Shown here: in pieces, positions 58,957-64,000 of the stretch
How the letters are laid out: every line of letters begins with the position of its first letter
Position numbering within the stretch: the first letter of the stretch is position 1
Source of the DNA: Candidatus Poribacteria bacterium
GTDB lineage: Bacteria; Poribacteria; WGA-4E; JAJDTR01
DNA length: 64,000 nt
Assembly (NCBI GenBank): GCA_965222225.1
Contig: CBDCTK010000002.1
Span: 3,392,001-3,456,000, forward strand
Reading direction: 5' to 3'
Program-made: the position numbers and the translations under genes
The notes under the pieces: model-generated
Database searches by the model: none
What the model was told of the DNA's origin: nothing
Seen by the model: the letters and a program-made list of their open reading frames with translations, nothing else

Positions 58957-59085
58957 AAGAGCAAATAGCGACGGAGCACTGACCGATTGGGAAGGCGCTA
59001 GAACTCCCATCACGCATTTATACTGTAAACTACTTCGTTGACTAATACAGAATATGCCAAAATCTGCACAAGCAAGGACAACTCC

Positions 59086-59457
59086 ATGACCGGAACACAG
59101 CAACAAATCACCGAATCATTGATAACCGATCTTCAGAACGGAACCCTCACCGAAGCCCGATTGCGCCAGAAAATCGCTGCTATCGCGACGGAAACGGAAA
59201 AAAAACGCCAGGACATTCTTTATCTACAGGTTGGAACAACATCCCCCGCATCGCAAGTGGTCGGCATGACGTACATAGAGGCCGGTGTCCTCAAAGAAGC
59301 ATCTTCCGACCCAAACGAATGGCAATATCAGACAGTGCTCAACGCCGTTCAGAGCGGTTGGCGGATCATCTCTTTTCCCAACATGGCGCTATTAGCCATG
59401 TCCGACGAAGAATCCTACGGCCTCGGTTTTGAGTTTATTTTGGAACGCTGGAGGTAA
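59086..59457 (+). CDS. Hypothetical protein adjacent to PhyH
   Basis: AAGGA RBS, ORF ending 3 nt before PhyH; YQTVLNAVQSGWRIISFP. Confidence 0.65.
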   Translation: MTGTQQQITESLITDLQNGTLTEARLRQKIAAIATETEKKRQDILYLQVGTTSPASQVVGMTYIEAGVLKEASSDPNEWQYQTVLNAVQSGWRIISFPNMALLAMSDEESYGLGFEFILERWR

Positions 59458-59460
59458 ATC

Positions 59461-60306
59461 ATGAAACCATCCGAGATGAAAACCTACGATTGTGAACCAA
59501 CCCTGACCGATTCGCAGGTGGTGGAATTTTGCACGAACGGCTATCTGATGCTTGAGGGTGTGGTATCCGACGAAACCAACCGCCGGTCGATGGACTACTG
59601 CGACGAGTATTCCAATCACGAGCCGAGCGGTATTCTACAACAAGGCTGGTTCGTGGAGGATGTCATCATCAATCCGGTCGCAGCCGGTGCCGTGCGGTCG
59701 CTGTTAGGGACGAACTTTCACTTGCCTATACTGATGAGTAACCACCGCGTTCCCTGTCCGCAGGGCCCCACGCACTGGCACGTAGACGGAAACTACAAGC
59801 ATCAATATGAGTTGAATTTCCTCCAAGTTTTCTACTATCCTCAAGATACGCCAATTGAAATGGGACCGACGCAGGTTCTGCCGGGATCTCACCTGATACG
59901 AAATAAGGCGCGATTCATGTGTCATCTAAGCGGGATTCGTGGAGCAATCTCGACCGCCGCCCCAGCAGGCTCTATTTTTCTCACGGTGTATCACATTTGG
60001 CACCGCCGCGGTCCCTCGACGGCGACGGCCATGCGAAACTTGCTCAAATACTTCTACTGGCGCACAACACCGCCCAAACGCGACTGGGTAATTGAACCGG
60101 ATTTCGACTTTGCGACTGCCCGTTACGGTGGCCCCGGGCAAAACTATTCCGAACAGTTTCGCGATACGGTAAAGGTTGCCGAGACGTTCTTGTGGCTCTG
60201 CGGCAAGCATGAGTCCTTTCGGAATTTGGGCGGACAGAGTTGGCCGCTTCCCGCGAATCGGATTGATCTCCCTTATGGCTTTCCCGAAGGTCTCCCGCAG
60301 CCCTAA
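59461..60306 (+). CDS. PhyH family dioxygenase
   Basis: FCTNGYL, WHVD, GPTQVLPGSH, IWHR. Confidence 0.9.
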   Translation: MKPSEMKTYDCEPTLTDSQVVEFCTNGYLMLEGVVSDETNRRSMDYCDEYSNHEPSGILQQGWFVEDVIINPVAAGAVRSLLGTNFHLPILMSNHRVPCPQGPTHWHVDGNYKHQYELNFLQVFYYPQDTPIEMGPTQVLPGSHLIRNKARFMCHLSGIRGAISTAAPAGSIFLTVYHIWHRRGPSTATAMRNLLKYFYWRTTPPKRDWVIEPDFDFATARYGGPGQNYSEQFRDTVKVAETFLWLCGKHESFRNLGGQSWPLPANRIDLPYGFPEGLPQP

Positions 60307-60365
60307 ACCGCAAAGAGTCGCTGCTCATATCCACTAGCGTTTGCGCAATGTGGCTCGTATTAGCG

Positions 60366-60435
60366 ATCAACTGAGTGGATAACGAAGGAGCAACTGACCG
60401 ATAGGGAAGGCGGTAGAGATCTCATAGAAATTCCC
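60366..60435 (+). repeat. Nested GA-hairpin elements inside a TAGCG...TGCTA hairpin
   Basis: Units at 60366 and 60389, remainder ATAGAAATTCCC. Confidence 0.85.
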
Positions 60436-60480
60436 GTCCGATTGCTATCCCGACAGGTTATGGCAGGTAATAACAGAAAT

Positions 60481-61707
60481 ATGAGAAAATCCCTCCTTAC
60501 GCGATCGAAAATTTCCCTGCCACCAACTATTCAAACAGGTTTTAAGCATATGCTGTGCTTCGCGTTACTGTGTGGTACAATCCTGACAGCGGCAGCGCAA
60601 CCGGAGGTCTCCTATGCGGAAGACCAAGCAGCCCTTCAATTGTACGACGAAGGACTACGTGTCGCTTTTCGCGGCGAAGTAGATGAAGCCATCTCTGCAT
60701 TCAAGCAGGCCGCACTGCTTGACGACACGCTGGCGGATGCGCACGCCTATCTTGGCATGCTATACGGGATTCGTGGTCAGTGGAAGGACGCAATTCAAGC
60801 GTTTCAAGATGCCTTAGAAGCCGATCCCACCTATGTCGAGGTCTATAGTGAGCTTGGAGAAGCCTACCTGAACACGCTTGGCAGCGTTGATCGGGCAATT
60901 TCACCCCTTGAGAAAGCTGTTCAACTCCATCCCCATGACGAACGAGCGAGACGACTGTTGGGCACGGCATATCTCCGCATGAATCGGATTGATGAGGCAA
61001 AACACGAACTCCAAAAAGCCCTTGAACTCAATCCCTCTGACGCGGACGCCATTTACAACCTTGGTCTAGCCTTTTTTCGCCAAGGGAAATTCCAAGCGGC
61101 GAGTTTGCGCTTTAAGCAACTGCTAGAACACAACCCCCTCCATGCTCAAGCGCATTTCAACCTGGGAAATTGCTTGGCTCGTACCGGGGAGCGAGCCGGA
61201 GCCAATAGAATCCTCCAAACCTTTGAGAAACTCCGAATCCAAGAAGAGCAAATTAAGCAGCTCGACCGAATGGTCGGTCGTCAGCCAAATAACCCGGATG
61301 TTTGGCGTCAGTTAGGTCTGCTTCGCTTGGAGCGCCGTGAGTGGGACAACGCGATTACGGCGCTTGAAAAATGCATCGGGCTGGCACCGCAGGAAACTAG
61401 ATGTCAGGAAGCTCTCGGTTTCCTCTATGCCCAACTCAAGGACTACGAAAAGGCGCACGAGATATACAAGCAGCTTGTTCGTAGCCGTCCCGATGTCCCG
61501 GAATATCGACACAGCCTTGGTCTCGTTCACTACATGCTGGCAGATTACTCTCAAGCCATAGAGCAGTTTCAAGCATCAATTCGTCTGGCGCCGTCCAAAC
61601 CCCGATTCCGCGCGAGTTTAGCCAATGCCTACAAACTCGCGGGAGACGAAGCCAAAGCGGCAGAAGAATATCAACGCTACCAAGAGTTGCAGTCCCAAGA
61701 GAAATGA
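60481..61707 (+). CDS. TPR-repeat protein, probably exported
   Basis: Repeated A..LG..Y...G....A...F..A motifs; hydrophobic signal-like segment; start uncertain (60481 or 60550). Confidence 0.85.
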   Translation: MRKSLLTRSKISLPPTIQTGFKHMLCFALLCGTILTAAAQPEVSYAEDQAALQLYDEGLRVAFRGEVDEAISAFKQAALLDDTLADAHAYLGMLYGIRGQWKDAIQAFQDALEADPTYVEVYSELGEAYLNTLGSVDRAISPLEKAVQLHPHDERARRLLGTAYLRMNRIDEAKHELQKALELNPSDADAIYNLGLAFFRQGKFQAASLRFKQLLEHNPLHAQAHFNLGNCLARTGERAGANRILQTFEKLRIQEEQIKQLDRMVGRQPNNPDVWRQLGLLRLERREWDNAITALEKCIGLAPQETRCQEALGFLYAQLKDYEKAHEIYKQLVRSRPDVPEYRHSLGLVHYMLADYSQAIEQFQASIRLAPSKPRFRASLANAYKLAGDEAKAAEEYQRYQELQSQEK

Positions 61708-62576
61708 GTTCACGTAAACCGTCGCCCCTAGTCCTACTCCTCGCCTTCGTGTGTCTCTTCCTGACCTTCCCAGACCTCTTTTGGAAACATAAATCCTCTG
61801 CGTTTGCCCAAACGCCACGAGCCCCGGAGGGAATGGTTCGAGTTCCTGCCGGTGAGTTTGCCATGGGCAACGATGATGGGGCACAACATGAAAAGCCTAA
61901 TCACAAGGTGTTCCTCGATTCCTACTATATCGATCTGCATGAAGTCACCAACGCAGAATATCACGCCTTCTGGATTGCTGATGGCAGTGAGGATAGCGCC
62001 CACACCCCCGTCAGTTATGGCGACAGGCTTGGTGTGGAAAATTGGCCCAAGATTGCTAAGACCAAGCCGGACTATCCGGTGGTGGGCGTGTCTTGGCATG
62101 ATGCCGTTGCCTATGCAAAATGGGCTGACAAACGATTGCCGACGGAAGCCGAATGGGAAAAAGCCGCGCGGGGAACGGATAGCCGGCTATGGCCCTGGGG
62201 GAATGCCTTTTCGCTGCGAATCCGAGGAACGAACGTCCACGCTAACGTGTGGGGCAGCAACGATGGTTATCACGATGGTCTAGCCCCCGTGGGAACTTAT
62301 CCAACCGGCGCAAGTTCGTATGGCGTTCTGGACATGGCTGGAAATGTCTGGGAATGGGTGGCAGATTGGTATTCGGAGTCTTACTATCATTGGGGACCGT
62401 CTCGAAATCCCAAAGGCCCCGAACGCGGAGGCAGGCGGGTAGTACGGGGCGGTTCGTGGGCAAATGGAGCACAACTGACACAATGCTCGAATCGTATGGG
62501 ACACTATCCAGCCGTAGGAACGAGTTTTATCGGTTTTCGTCTCGCAAAGGACGCCGAGAAAGAATTGCAGGAATGA
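61704..62576 (+). CDS. Formylglycine-generating enzyme (SUMF1/FGE-sulfatase) domain protein
   Basis: HEVTNAEY, KRLPTEAEWEKAARG, DMAGNVWEW, RGGSW, IGFRLA. Confidence 0.9.
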   Translation: MSSRKPSPLVLLLAFVCLFLTFPDLFWKHKSSAFAQTPRAPEGMVRVPAGEFAMGNDDGAQHEKPNHKVFLDSYYIDLHEVTNAEYHAFWIADGSEDSAHTPVSYGDRLGVENWPKIAKTKPDYPVVGVSWHDAVAYAKWADKRLPTEAEWEKAARGTDSRLWPWGNAFSLRIRGTNVHANVWGSNDGYHDGLAPVGTYPTGASSYGVLDMAGNVWEWVADWYSESYYHWGPSRNPKGPERGGRRVVRGGSWANGAQLTQCSNRMGHYPAVGTSFIGFRLAKDAEKELQE

Positions 62577-64000
62577 GTATAACGACAAATTGGTTGACTT
62601 CTTTACTCACAAATAATAAACCTTGGTTTGCTTGTTTGGTAATACTGTTGGCGCCGCCTATAGTACACGGTGACATGCCTCAAGTTGAATTTACCGATGT
62701 CACCGTAGGTGCCGGGATTAAATTTCGGCACGTAAACGGGGCAAAAGGCGACTACCATCTTCCGGAGACCATGGGCGCTGGCGGGGCGTTCTTTGACTAC
62801 GACTCCGATGGCAATCTCGATCTCTATCTCATCAACAGCGGATATTTAACAGACACTGCATCGCAGGCGTCGGTCACAAGTATTCTCTATCGTAACAACG
62901 GCGACGGAACGTTTACAGACACTACGGCCCAAGCAGGTGTTGGCAACGCCGGGAATTACGGAATGGGCGCCGCGTGCGCCGACTATGACAACGACGGGGA
63001 TACCGATCTCTACGTCACGAATTTCGGTACGAACATACTTTATCAAAACAACGGCGATGGTACATTCACGGACATAACCGATAAGGCGGGCGTCGGGGAT
63101 GAGTTGCTGGGAAGTAGCGCAACCTTCTTCGATTACGACCGCGATGGGCACTTGGACCTTTACGTTGTCAACTACGTTCATTATGCGGTAGATGTCCCGC
63201 GCCGTCCATGCGGCATTAACGGCATCCGCACTTACTGCCATCCGGAGCACTTTATTGGCGCCCCCGACCAACTTTATCGGAACAATGGCGACGGTACATT
63301 TTCGAATGTCACTGAGGCGGCAGGTATAACAAACGTCAGTGGCCCCCACAGCGGAAAAGGCCTCGGAGTCATCGCGGCGGATTTCAGCAACGACGGAGAA
63401 CCCGATCTCTACGTCGCCAACGACACCACTCCCAACTTTCTCTTTTACAACAACGGGAACGGTACCTTTACGGAGATTGGTCTTTTCTCGGGTTGTGCCT
63501 ATAGCTTTGACGGTATTGCGCAGGCAAGCATGGGGGTTGACGCCGGAGACTACAACCGCGATGGGTTCTTGGACATCTTTGTGATTAACTTCTCTCAAGA
63601 AACAAACGCGCTCTACCAAAACAACGGCGATGGTACATTCACTGATGTAATTTACGACGTGAACCTGGGAAAGGAGAGCTACATCTTCCTTGGATTCGGA
63701 ACAGGTTTTTTTGACTATGACAACGATGGGTGGCTCGACCTCTTCATTGCAAATGGGCACATTAGCGACAATATCGAACAGATTACCAATGTAGTGACGT
63801 ACGCACAGCGTGACCAGCTGTTCCATAACAACAAGGATGGCACGTTTACCGAAGTGTCGCTAAGTTCCGGCAGCTATTTTCAATACGAAGGCGTGGGACG
63901 CGCCGCAATCTTCGGGGATTATGACAATGACGGAGACGTTGACATCGCCGTAACCCAATCCAACGGCCCCGCCCATCTACTACGCAACGATGGCGGAAAT
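62573..64000 (+). CDS. CRTAC1/ASPIC-UnbV-like FG-GAP repeat protein (runs off window edge)
   Basis: Manual translation FTDVTVGAGI, PETMGAGGAFFDYDSDGNLDLY; repeated DYDNDG and NNGDGTF motifs. Confidence 0.85.
   Translation, partial: MSITTNWLTSLLTNNKPWFACLVILLAPPIVHGDMPQVEFTDVTVGAGIKFRHVNGAKGDYHLPETMGAGGAFFDYDSDGNLDLYLINSGYLTDTASQASVTSILYRNNGDGTFTDTTAQAGVGNAGNYGMGAACADYDNDGDTDLYVTNFGTNILYQNNGDGTFTDITDKAGVGDELLGSSATFFDYDRDGHLDLYVVNYVHYAVDVPRRPCGINGIRTYCHPEHFIGAPDQLYRNNGDGTFSNVTEAAGITNVSGPHSGKGLGVIAADFSNDGEPDLYVANDTTPNFLFYNNGNGTFTEIGLFSGCAYSFDGIAQASMGVDAGDYNRDGFLDIFVINFSQETNALYQNNGDGTFTDVIYDVNLGKESYIFLGFGTGFFDYDNDGWLDLFIANGHISDNIEQITNVVTYAQRDQLFHNNKDGTFTEVSLSSGSYFQYEGVGRAAIFGDYDNDGDVDIAVTQSNGPAHLLRNDGGN

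Noticed and set aside
62846-63826. 326-aa minus-strand ORF
   Set aside because: It is the antisense shadow of the FG-GAP repeat gene on the + strand.
1-64000. tRNA, rRNA or transposase genes
   Set aside because: None was recognised by eye; the enzyme that would mobilise the repeats must lie elsewhere, if it exists.

Overview
Bacterial genomic DNA whose gene content points to Candidatus Poribacteria: four PhyH dioxygenases, three DUF6785-like membrane paralogs, a LamG protein ending AVSPLDKLTTTWGTIK, and ankyrin, NHL, TPR and FG-GAP repeat proteins. Most of the window encodes carbohydrate and catabolic enzymes, and a defence island lies at about 42.1-54.4 kb (type III restriction-modification, three ABC/AAA ATPases with PIN, TOPRIM or PD-(D/E)xK partners, and a SLATT-like protein). 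The most striking signal is non-coding. A 36-37 nt element with consensus ATCAA-NN-GA-NN-G(RAY)A-N'N'-GA-N'N'-GCGATAG-(N)NNATCCC occurs at 15 intergenic loci, about 25 units in total. Its variable dinucleotides covary almost perfectly, giving a strand-specific hairpin with tandem G.A pairs. Every copy I found is on the + strand regardless of gene direction. Copies sit inside or beside GTAG-type REP palindromes and inside other copies of themselves. No cognate transposase is visible in the window. Several genes carry single-base frameshifts or an in-frame stop. All calls come from reading motifs by eye; no database search was run.
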